Positions 56,620 through 64,000 of a stretch of 64,000 bases of DNA are shown piece after piece (the first letter of the stretch is position 1; each line of letters starts with the position of its first letter). Made by a program: the position numbers and the translations under genes. The stretch comes from an uncultured Candidatus Saccharibacteria bacterium (GTDB lineage: Bacteria; Patescibacteriota; Minisyncoccia; Phycocordibacterales; UBA918): assembly GCA_964643955.1 (NCBI GenBank), contig CAZXUO010000002.1, forward strand, positions 44,691 to 108,690, given 5' to 3'. The notes beneath the pieces were generated by a model. It was not told the origin of the DNA. It saw only the letters and a list, made by a program, of their open reading frames with translations, and searched no databases.

Positions 56620-58908
56620 ATGTATTTAAAGGGGCTTGAGATAAGTGGGTTTAAGTCTTTTGCGAAAAAGGCGGATCTTGAGTTCCTGACGCCGATCACG
56701 GCGATTGTCGGTCCCAATGGTTCGGGCAAATCAAATGTAGCTGAGGCGTTTCGTTTTGTGCTCGGTGAGCAGTCGGTGAAGTCGATGCGTGGGAAGAAAG
56801 GTGAAGATCTCATCTGGGGTGGCTCTCCAGCGCTTGCACGTTCAAACCGCGGCTCGGTGAAGATTGTGCTCGACAATGAGAAGCGCGTATTTCCGGTCGA
56901 TTTTGACGAAGTGACAGTGGAACGTGTCGTACATCGCGATGGTGTGAATGAGTATTCGATCAATAATTCGCGTGTACGTCTCAAGGATGTGCAGGAGCTT
57001 CTTGCAGCAGCAAACATCGGTCCGACGGGGCACCATATCATTTCGCAAGGCGAAGCCGATCGTATCCTTTCGTCGAGCCCCAAGGAACGTCGCGAGATGA
57101 TTGAAGATGCGCTCGGACTGAAGATCTATCAATACAAAAAATCAGAGAGCGAGAAGAAGCTCGAGAGGACGAAAGAGAATATTGCGCATGTTGAGTCGCT
57201 TCGAAAAGAAGTGCAGCCACACCTTCGTTTTCTCGAGAAGCAGGTAAAGAAAATAGAGAAGTCGATTGAGCTTCGCGACGCGCTCGCTGAGCAGTACGTC
57301 GTATATCTCAAGCGCGAGGAGCTTTATCTCGAACACAATGCTGCGCGACTCGCCGATGCACGCAAGGCACCTGAGGCAGAGCGCGCGCAGCTTGAGCGTG
57401 AGCTTGCGCACGCAAAATCGGTACTGACAAAGGCCGAAAAAGATGAGAAGCGCGATGCACTCGTTTCGCTTGAGGAAAAACTTGCAACGCTCCGCATAAA
57501 GCGGCAAGAGGTACTACGAGAAAGTGGGCGCGTCGAAGGACAGCTCGGATACCTCGAGCGTTCAGTTGCAGAACATGCGCGCAAGCGCGAGCGAGAAGAG
57601 CGCGGCCCTATTGCGTATGCTGACGTGAAGCGCGCGATTGATTCGGTTGAAGAGGCGGCTCAAAAAGCAGAGACGATTGCTGACGTCATGAGCTTGCGTA
57701 AGGTGATCGAGGGTATCATGCGCACACTTCGCTCATTCCTCAACGAGACCGCGCGCACTGAACATTTTGATGCGGAGCGCGAGCGTATCGAGACGGAGCT
57801 TTTAGAATTAAAGAAAGAGAAGACTAAAAATGATGAGGTGCTCGCAGCTGTCGAAAAAGAGGAACGTGTGCTCGGTGAGGAATATAGTGCGCTCAAGGCT
57901 TCAATTGAGGCGGAGACGCATGAAAGTCGCGCTGCAGAACACGAAGTTTTTCGCATCATGGGCCGCCAGCGAGAGCTCGCAGAGATTTTAAATACGATCG
58001 ATCGCGAGACTGAGATTCTTGCGCGCGACAAGGAAGAATTTTTGCGCGAAGTGCAGGAAGCAATTGTGCTCATTGGTCGTGAGACGGCAGGGTATAAAGA
58101 TCGGACGACCGACAGTGACGGGCACGCACTCCAAGTGAGCGAGATTGCAAAGGAAGACCGTTCGGTCCAGCATGGCCGCCGTCGTGAACTTGAGAAAATG
58201 AAGATACGCCTCGAAGAGCTCGGTGGGAGCGGCAGCGAAGAGGTGATGAAAGAATATAAAGAAGTGAGTGAACGTGATGCATTTCTTACACGCGAAATCG
58301 CCGACATGGAGCAGTCGGTCGTGACGCTCGAGGCGCTCATTGCAGACCTCACGGCACAGCTCAACGAACATTTTGTCGCAGGTATTGAGAAAATTGGTAC
58401 GGAATTCAATCGATTTTTCATGCTCATGTTTGGTGGTGGTTCAGCTGCGCTCGAACGCGTGAAGCCGGTGGTGCGAAAAAAGAAAAGCGATCTTTCCGCG
58501 CTCTTTGAATCAGGAGACGAGGTTGAAATGGAGGAGTCGCAAGAGGAAGTTGAGGAGGGAATCGAGATCGATGTAAAGCTTCCAAACAAGCGCGTGCGCG
58601 GTCTTGAGATGCTTTCGGGAGGTGAGCGTGCGCTCACGTCGATTGCGCTTATCTTCGCAATGAGTCAGGTCAATCCGCCGCTCTTTGTGATTCTTGATGA
58701 GACTGACGCAGCACTCGACGAGGCAAATAGCCGTCGCTATGGTGACATGATCGAATCGCTTGCAAAAAAATCACAGCTTATTCTCATCACGCACAACCGT
58801 GAGACGATGAGTCGTGCAGGTGTACTCTACGGTGTAACGATGGGAAGCGATGGTGTATCGAAATTGCTTTCAGTGAAACTTGAGGAGGCGGTCGCGGTCG
58901 CGAAGTAA
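56620..58908 (+). CDS. smc: SMC-family chromosome segregation ATPase (short, 762 aa)
   Basis: Walker A GPNGSGKSN, long coiled coil, signature LSGGERALTSIAL and Walker B LFVILDETDAALD. Confidence 0.7.
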   Translation: MYLKGLEISGFKSFAKKADLEFLTPITAIVGPNGSGKSNVAEAFRFVLGEQSVKSMRGKKGEDLIWGGSPALARSNRGSVKIVLDNEKRVFPVDFDEVTVERVVHRDGVNEYSINNSRVRLKDVQELLAAANIGPTGHHIISQGEADRILSSSPKERREMIEDALGLKIYQYKKSESEKKLERTKENIAHVESLRKEVQPHLRFLEKQVKKIEKSIELRDALAEQYVVYLKREELYLEHNAARLADARKAPEAERAQLERELAHAKSVLTKAEKDEKRDALVSLEEKLATLRIKRQEVLRESGRVEGQLGYLERSVAEHARKREREERGPIAYADVKRAIDSVEEAAQKAETIADVMSLRKVIEGIMRTLRSFLNETARTEHFDAERERIETELLELKKEKTKNDEVLAAVEKEERVLGEEYSALKASIEAETHESRAAEHEVFRIMGRQRELAEILNTIDRETEILARDKEEFLREVQEAIVLIGRETAGYKDRTTDSDGHALQVSEIAKEDRSVQHGRRRELEKMKIRLEELGGSGSEEVMKEYKEVSERDAFLTREIADMEQSVVTLEALIADLTAQLNEHFVAGIEKIGTEFNRFFMLMFGGGSAALERVKPVVRKKKSDLSALFESGDEVEMEESQEEVEEGIEIDVKLPNKRVRGLEMLSGGERALTSIALIFAMSQVNPPLFVILDETDAALDEANSRRYGDMIESLAKKSQLILITHNRETMSRAGVLYGVTMGSDGVSKLLSVKLEEAVAVAK

Positions 58909-58923
58909 TTTTTGAAAATAGTT

Positions 58924-58968
58924 GAGCCGGCAGTCCGTGTGCGATAGATGCACGTGACTGCCGGCTCG
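58924..58968. terminator. Bidirectional terminator hairpin between smc (+) and the ACT gene (-)
   Basis: gagccggcagtc-N21-gactgccggctc. Confidence 0.5.
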
Positions 58969-58983
58969 TTGTGGTAGTGGTCG

Positions 58984-59244
58984 TTACTCGACGGTGTCGG
59001 CCGCATGGTGCGCTCCCTCCGCTACGTCGGAGACCTCAAAGATGGAGATGACGTGACGGCTCTTCTTGAGCGCCACTTCAATCGTATCGAGAGGTCCAAC
59101 TACCTCGATGAATGCTTGGCTGAAGCCAGTAGCCCTCCGCGCCTCGACTGTGAGGTAGATGCCTCCGTGTCGGTTGATGAGGGCGAGCACTCGTCCGAGC
59201 GCTTCGGGAGTGTTGGCCAGAGTTAGCATGATTTGCTTTGCCAT
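58984..59244 (-). CDS. ACT-domain protein (87 aa)
   Basis: RBS AGGAGAAAGGAG. MAKQIMLTLANTPEALGRVLALINRHGGIYLTVEARR has an ACT-like beta-alpha-beta pattern. The track start at 59376 is further upstream, inside rnr. Confidence 0.45.
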   Translation of the reverse strand: MAKQIMLTLANTPEALGRVLALINRHGGIYLTVEARRATGFSQAFIEVVGPLDTIEVALKKSRHVISIFEVSDVAEGAHHAADTVE

Positions 59245-59286
59245 CGGCGACTCCTTTCTCCTAATTTCGATTATATCGCGTTTAAA

Positions 59287-59322
59287 GAAAAACACCCGCG
59301 GCCTCCGGCCGCGGGTGTTTTG
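59287..59322. terminator. Intrinsic terminator between rnr and the ACT gene
   Basis: aaaaacacccgcggcctccggccgcgggtgtttt. Confidence 0.7.
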
Positions 59323-59332
59323 ATTGTAGTGG

Positions 59333-61273
59333 TTAGAGTAGTGCGAAATCGAGTTGGCGGTCTTGGGGGTTGGCACTCATGAGTTTGACGCGGACTTCGT
59401 CACCGAGCTGGTAGGACTTTCCGGTACGATCTCCCTTTACGCGGTAATTTTTTGGATCATGACTGAAGAAATCACCCTTGATGCTTGCAAGCTTCACCAT
59501 ACCTTCTGATTTACTTTCTTTCTCTTCAACATAGATGCCCCACTCAGCAACGCCGGTGACGACTGCATCAAATTCCATACCGACTTTGTCCATCATAAAC
59601 TCAACCTGCTTAAACTTGATCGAGTCGCGCTCTGCAGATACTGCTTCCATTTCTCGCTCCGAGCATTGCACCGCGAGGCGCTCGTAGTGCGCGCGGTCGG
59701 TCGCGCTCACATTGATACCATCAAGATGCTTGCGGAGAAGTCGATGCACCATGAGGTCGGGATAGCGGCGGATCGGTGAGGTAAAGTGCGTATAAAACTT
59801 AAACGCGAGACCGAAGTGCCCGATGTTTTTTGTCGAGTAAATCGCTTTTGCCATTGAGCGGATCGTTGCGGTGCGGATGAGGTTTGCTTCGGGCTTGCCG
59901 TCAATTTCTTTCAGAAGAGAATTGATCTCAACTGCTTCGACGATGCCGTTGTGTGAACGGAATTCATAGCCAAGCGCATGTAGGAAAATCGAAAGATCTT
60001 CGATTTTTTCAGCCTTCGGTGCATCATGGATGCGGTAGATAAACGCCATCTCCTTTCCAATTTTTTTGCTGATGGCGTCGATGTGCTCAGCGACTTTTTG
60101 GTTGGCGAGGAGCATGAAGTCTTCAATCATGAGCATGCTCTCAATGCGCTCTTTGATGACGACGCTGATCGGCTTGCCTTTTTCGTCGAGGATAAACTTC
60201 ACCTCAGGCTGCTCAAATGCAATCGCGCCTTTCTTGTATCGCTCAGTGCGGAGGATACGCGAGAGCTTCATGAGTGTTGCGAGCTCGTCTTTCAGCGGTC
60301 CTTCATTTTTTTCGATGACTTCCTGTGCTTCTTGGTATGAAAAGCGCTTGTCAGAGTGAATGACGGTCTGGCCGTACCACTCACCAACCACGCGCGCATC
60401 CGGCGTCATTTCAAAGACAGCAGCAAATGCGAGACGGTCTTCGTCCGGTCGAAGCGAACAGAGGTCGTTTGAGAGTACTTCGGGAAGCATGGGGATCACG
60501 CGGTCGACGAGATAGATAGACGTACCGCGCTTCTGCGCTTCTTTATCGATCGCATCTTCTTCGCGCACATAGTGGGAGACATCGGCGATGTGAATGCCGA
60601 TTTCGTAGTTGCCGTTTGGAAGCACTTGAAAGGAAAGTGCGTCGTCAAAGTCTTTTGCATCAACGGGGTCGATGGTGCAGGTGGCGACACCGCGGAAATC
60701 ACGACGCTTTGGATCGGCAATCGCATCTTTAAATATCTGCGCCTGACTCTCGTGGAGAGCTTTCGCAGCTTCGTCGACTGCGTGCGGGAAGCCAGTCGCA
60801 AATCCGCCGCTGCGGATGATCGCGCGCATTTCGGTCTCATGGTCACCGGCTTTTCCGAGTACGTCGACTATGTCTGCTGCGGGCGCGATCGTTGGGTCGG
60901 TCCACTCACGAAGCGTGACCGCGACCTTCATACCGAGCATGTCGGGTCCAGCGTCAGGGAGGAGGAATTGGTGGTGAATACGGCGATTATCAGGGCGGAG
61001 GCGGTAGGTAATGCCGCGCATCTCGACCATGCCGATGTATTCGCTGTGCGCTCGCTCGATGACCCGGACAACCTTGCCGGTGCGTCGTTCATCCTTCTTT
61101 TCTGCATCAAGCACGATCTCCACAACGTCGCTGTCGAGCGCAAATCCAATCGCCTCGGGCGGGATCATGATGTCTTCTTCAAAATCGGGTATATTTACAA
61201 ATCCGATGCCGCGGCCGCGGACCGCAATAACGCCCTGAAGGGCGGTGGGGCTTTCGCCAGTAATTTCAGTCAT
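59333..61273 (-). CDS. rnr: Ribonuclease R / RNB-family 3'-5' exoribonuclease with C-terminal S1 domain
   Basis: Cold-shock-like N-terminus, RNB catalytic region and C-terminal S1 (GMVKLASIKGDFF..). The start is ATG 61273 or GTG 61327. Confidence 0.8.
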   Translation of the reverse strand: MTEITGESPTALQGVIAVRGRGIGFVNIPDFEEDIMIPPEAIGFALDSDVVEIVLDAEKKDERRTGKVVRVIERAHSEYIGMVEMRGITYRLRPDNRRIHHQFLLPDAGPDMLGMKVAVTLREWTDPTIAPAADIVDVLGKAGDHETEMRAIIRSGGFATGFPHAVDEAAKALHESQAQIFKDAIADPKRRDFRGVATCTIDPVDAKDFDDALSFQVLPNGNYEIGIHIADVSHYVREEDAIDKEAQKRGTSIYLVDRVIPMLPEVLSNDLCSLRPDEDRLAFAAVFEMTPDARVVGEWYGQTVIHSDKRFSYQEAQEVIEKNEGPLKDELATLMKLSRILRTERYKKGAIAFEQPEVKFILDEKGKPISVVIKERIESMLMIEDFMLLANQKVAEHIDAISKKIGKEMAFIYRIHDAPKAEKIEDLSIFLHALGYEFRSHNGIVEAVEINSLLKEIDGKPEANLIRTATIRSMAKAIYSTKNIGHFGLAFKFYTHFTSPIRRYPDLMVHRLLRKHLDGINVSATDRAHYERLAVQCSEREMEAVSAERDSIKFKQVEFMMDKVGMEFDAVVTGVAEWGIYVEEKESKSEGMVKLASIKGDFFSHDPKNYRVKGDRTGKSYQLGDEVRVKLMSANPQDRQLDFALL

Positions 61274-61358
61274 ATATCGGCCCCAGTATAGCAGAATATG
61301 GCTTTTTAGGCCCTCGGCATTGACCACGGATATCTTTTCTGGTACTCTCTGACCACAT

Positions 61359-61739
61359 ATGTTGAAGATGCGATTACAACGAATTGGCCGAAAAAATAGC
61401 CCGACATACCGGGTGCTCGTCGTCGATTCTCGTCAGGGTCCAAAGAGTGGCAAGTATGTTGATGTTATCGGCTCACATGATCCAAAGGTAGACAACACGG
61501 TGCTCGATGGTGAGAAGGCACGTGTCTGGATCGCAAAGGGTGTTCAGGTTTCTCCAACTGTTCACAACCTCCTCGTGACGCACAAGATCATCGAAGGAAA
61601 GAAGATCAACGTGCTCCCACGCAAGACGCCGATTGTTTCTGAGAAGCCTGCAGAGGAAGCGGCTGCTCCAGAAGCAGCTCCTGCTGAAGTTGCAGAAGCT
61701 CCCGCAGCTGAGGAAACTCCTGCAGAAGCGACCGCGTAG
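61359..61739 (+). CDS. rpsP: Ribosomal protein S16 with Ala/Glu/Pro-rich C-terminal extension
   Basis: MLKMRLQRIGRKNSPTYRVLVVD S16 signature. Confidence 0.85.
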   Translation: MLKMRLQRIGRKNSPTYRVLVVDSRQGPKSGKYVDVIGSHDPKVDNTVLDGEKARVWIAKGVQVSPTVHNLLVTHKIIEGKKINVLPRKTPIVSEKPAEEAAAPEAAPAEVAEAPAAEETPAEATA

Positions 61740-61756
61740 TTTTCAAATACTGAAAG

Positions 61757-61790
61757 TGAGAAAATCCGCACTTATGCGGATTTTTCTGTT
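61757..61790 (+). terminator. Intrinsic terminator after rpsP
   Basis: gaaaatccgcacttatgcggatttttctgtt. Confidence 0.8.
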
Positions 61791-61898
61791 GACGCACCTA
61801 CCGAGCTCTCGTACCATGAGTGAGTACCACAGGCAGATATGACTGGTATTTCTGAATGTACTGCCGCTTAACAGATTAGTTCTTGAGATTACATAGCT

Positions 61899-62225
61899 AT
61901 GGAACAGGATCATCAATTTCTGGAATACGTCGTGAAGACGCTGGTTGACCACCCTGACGATGTCAAAATCAACCGCACCGTCGACGAAATGGGCGTACTT
62001 TTGACGATGGATGTGCACGCCGAGGACATGGGTAAGATCATCGGACGATCAGGAAATACAGCAAAGGCGATCCGAACTCTCCTCCGTGTCGTAGGCATGA
62101 AGAATAATGCGCGCGTCAACCTTAAGATCAATGAACCTGAAGGAGGTCGTGGTATCTCAGCGGGTGCTGACGAACCGCAGACGATGAAGAGTCTCGACGA
62201 GGCGATTGACGATTTGAAGATCTAG
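61899..62225 (+). CDS. khpA: KH-domain RNA-binding protein KhpA (UPF0109)
   Basis: GKIIGRSGNTAKAIRTLL KH motif, in the conserved rpsP-khpA-trmD neighbourhood. Confidence 0.8.
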   Translation: MEQDHQFLEYVVKTLVDHPDDVKINRTVDEMGVLLTMDVHAEDMGKIIGRSGNTAKAIRTLLRVVGMKNNARVNLKINEPEGGRGISAGADEPQTMKSLDEAIDDLKI

Positions 62226-62227
62226 AC

Positions 62228-62257
62228 AAAAACCCCGCACCGATGCGGGGTTTTTGC
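62228..62257 (+). terminator. Intrinsic terminator
   Basis: aaaaaccccgcaccgatgcggggtttttg. Confidence 0.8.
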
Positions 62258-62277
62258 TTTTGTGGCATACTCATTTT

Positions 62278-62712
62278 ATGAAAAAAGGCGTGGACTATAC
62301 GGGGATTGGGGTGGTGTTTGCGTGTCATGACGGGAACGGGAAATTTCTGTTTGCAAAAAGAAGTGCTAACTGTCGTGATGGACAAGGTACGTGGGAAATA
62401 CCGGCAGGTGGTGTCGAGTACGGCGAGCGGATTATCGATGCGCTCGCGCGCGAGCTCAAGGAGGAATTAAACGTGGTATCGCAGAAGACAGAATTTATTG
62501 GTTATAAAGATGTGGTGCAGAAGGAGGAAGATCGCGTGCTCAAACACTGGGTGGTGCTTCAATTCCTTATCGAGGTTGATCCTGCTGAGGTGTCGATAGG
62601 AGAGCCTGATATGTGTGATGGCATCGAATGGCATGTGCTTGATAATGCGCCCGAGCCGCTTCATTTCGGTGTGCGAGAAACAATCGAGGACATAATTGCG
62701 TACAAAAAATGA
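62278..62712 (+). CDS. NUDIX hydrolase
   Basis: Nudix box GGVEYGERIIDALARELKEELNV. 4-nt ATGA overlap with trmD. Confidence 0.75.
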   Translation: MKKGVDYTGIGVVFACHDGNGKFLFAKRSANCRDGQGTWEIPAGGVEYGERIIDALARELKEELNVVSQKTEFIGYKDVVQKEEDRVLKHWVVLQFLIEVDPAEVSIGEPDMCDGIEWHVLDNAPEPLHFGVRETIEDIIAYKK

Positions 62713-63350
62713 AATTTCATGTCGTAACACTTTTTCCTGAGGTCTGTAAGGCGTACACCGACGCGTCTATCTTAGGACGCGCGCAGGATGCGAAGAAAAT
62801 CAACGTCGCGTATTTCAACCCGCGTGATTTCTCTAAAGATAAGCATAAGAAAGTGGATGAGCGTCCGTATGGCGGCGGCCCGGGAATGGTGATGCAGGTG
62901 GAGCCTATTGTTGCGGCCGTCGAAAAGGCGCTCGGGAAAGGGGTGAAGAAAAAGAAAATTTTAATTATGTCGCCACGCGGAAAAGTATTTGATCAGGCAT
63001 ATGCAAAGAAGCTCGCGAAAAACTATAGCGACATCGTGCTGATTGCCGGACGCTATGAAGGTATCGACGCGCGCGTAAAAAAGATTTTGAAGGCAGAAGA
63101 GGTGTCGGTCGGGCCGTATGTACTCACGGGCGGGGAGCTACCTGCGCTCACCGTCATAGACGCTGTCGCACGCAATATCGAGGGCGTGCTCGGTACCGGT
63201 GAATCGCTCGAAGATACGCGTGTCGCAAGTGGCGAGATGTACACGCGGCCAGAGATATTCCTCCATGCTGGAAAAAAATATGTCGTGCCGAAAGTGCTCC
63301 GTGGTGGCAATCATAAAGAGATAGAGGAGTGGCGAAAAAAGAAAGGGTAG
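62709..63350 (+). CDS. trmD: tRNA (guanine37-N1)-methyltransferase
   Basis: MKFHVVTLFPE..RPYGGGPGMVM..GRYEGIDAR SPOUT knot motifs. Confidence 0.9.
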   Translation: MKFHVVTLFPEVCKAYTDASILGRAQDAKKINVAYFNPRDFSKDKHKKVDERPYGGGPGMVMQVEPIVAAVEKALGKGVKKKKILIMSPRGKVFDQAYAKKLAKNYSDIVLIAGRYEGIDARVKKILKAEEVSVGPYVLTGGELPALTVIDAVARNIEGVLGTGESLEDTRVASGEMYTRPEIFLHAGKKYVVPKVLRGGNHKEIEEWRKKKG

Positions 63351-63390
63351 CGTACTCTAGCGGCAGGTAACAAGAGTCGGGAGGGAAGTC

Positions 63391-63528
63391 ATGACCCTTG
63401 CAGGCTTTGTGATGTACCTTACAATCGCCAACGGCGTTTGTTTGTACATAGTACCTGCGCCAGTGCCGTTTTTTGGATGCATAGCTACTGCATTCATGGC
63501 AGGGGTTGCGGGTGTAAAGGTACTCTGA
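63391..63528 (+). CDS. Possible 45-aa hydrophobic micro-protein
   Basis: RBS GGGAGG 6 nt upstream, then MTLAGFVMYLTIANGVCLYIVPAPVPFFGCIATAFMAGVAGVKVL, followed by a terminator. Confidence 0.3.
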   Translation: MTLAGFVMYLTIANGVCLYIVPAPVPFFGCIATAFMAGVAGVKVL

Positions 63529-63536
63529 CGGAAGGA

Positions 63537-63563
63537 AGGCCGCGGCGACGCCGCGGCCTTTTC
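63537..63563 (+). terminator. Intrinsic terminator
   Basis: aaggccgcggcgacgccgcggcctttt. Confidence 0.75.
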
Positions 63564-63579
63564 TTGTGAATGATGATAT

Positions 63580-63608
63580 TTGACTTTATGTTTTAAATAT
63601 GCTATAAT
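63580..63608 (+). promoter_or_regulatory. Near-consensus sigma70 promoter TTGACT-N17-TGcTATAAT
   Basis: tttgactttatgttttaaatatgctataat. Almost identical to the minus-strand promoter at 35712-35739. Confidence 0.5.
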
Positions 63609-63636
63609 AGTAAATAGGTTGAAATGGAGTCCAAAA

Positions 63637-64000
63637 ATGAACAGCACTGCGTTCCGCGCTGCGCTGGCCAGGTTTTGGACGGCGCACAAGCGCATCGTGA
63701 TCGCAATCATCGCCTTGGCGGTGGTTGCGATCGGCAGTTGGCCCGCCTACGTGTGGTGGACCAACCCTTACCGCGACATGGGCGGGCACCCGCGCTATGT
63801 CGTGATTCGCATGGAGATGGAGTGCCTCGTGCACAACGTCTACCGCGAAGCACGCAGCGAGGAGTACGAGGGCCAGCTCATGGTCGCGTACGTCCACTCT
63901 AAACGGCGCGAGGCCAATCGGCCGGATTGGGGTGGCAATACGTACTGCGGTACGATGTCGCACCCCCTCCAGTTCTCTTGGTACAACGACAAGCGCCTCC
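63637..64000 (+). CDS. 3'-truncated gene: membrane-anchored SleB/CwlJ-like cell-wall hydrolase (Hydrolase_2-like), GC-rich
   Basis: N-terminal TM helix, then HNVYREARSEEYEGQLMVAYVHSKRR, resembling the SleB-family VxxEARGE..GQxAVAxVxxNR motif. The ORF runs off the window end. Confidence 0.45.
   Translation, partial: MNSTAFRAALARFWTAHKRIVIAIIALAVVAIGSWPAYVWWTNPYRDMGGHPRYVVIRMEMECLVHNVYREARSEEYEGQLMVAYVHSKRREANRPDWGGNTYCGTMSHPLQFSWYNDKRL

Noticed and set aside
63357-63963. Minus-strand ORFs 63357-63710 and 63586-63963
   Set aside because: They overlap a plus-strand micro-ORF with an RBS, a terminator and the plus-strand SleB-like gene. The latter is in GC-rich sequence that inflates antisense ORF length.

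Overview
This 64 kb window looks like a small-genome, Gram-positive-type bacterium, possibly CPR/Patescibacteria-like. It is about 53-55% GC, nearly all genes are on the + strand, and it uses the standard genetic code. Most of the window is conserved housekeeping genes: tatC/tatA, gap, rpiB, rpe-like, a split transketolase, rplY, rpmE, prfA, rpsB, tsf, tRNA-Thr, pheS/pheT, gyrB, thrS, dnaE, rnhB, rpmF, a nusB-NUDIX fusion, rnc, a short smc, rnr, rpsP, khpA and trmD.

Between these lie accessory regions:
- Four RCC1-repeat paralogues surround a glycosyltransferase cluster that includes a GT9-sulfotransferase fusion.
- Two giant repeat-rich surface proteins.
- A GC-rich (~65%) island of three exported proteins with textbook sigma70 promoters.
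- Two AT-rich small-gene cassettes.
- A MITE-like element with 20-bp terminal inverted repeats.
- A tandem array of tRNA-Thr 5'-half pseudo-copies.
- A family of three to four roughly 135-nt structured palindromic elements. Their internal hairpins show compensatory changes, and they bracket dnaE and follow rnc.

The ORF track sometimes starts at TTG/GTG codons. Where an ATG with better context exists downstream, I have trimmed the start.
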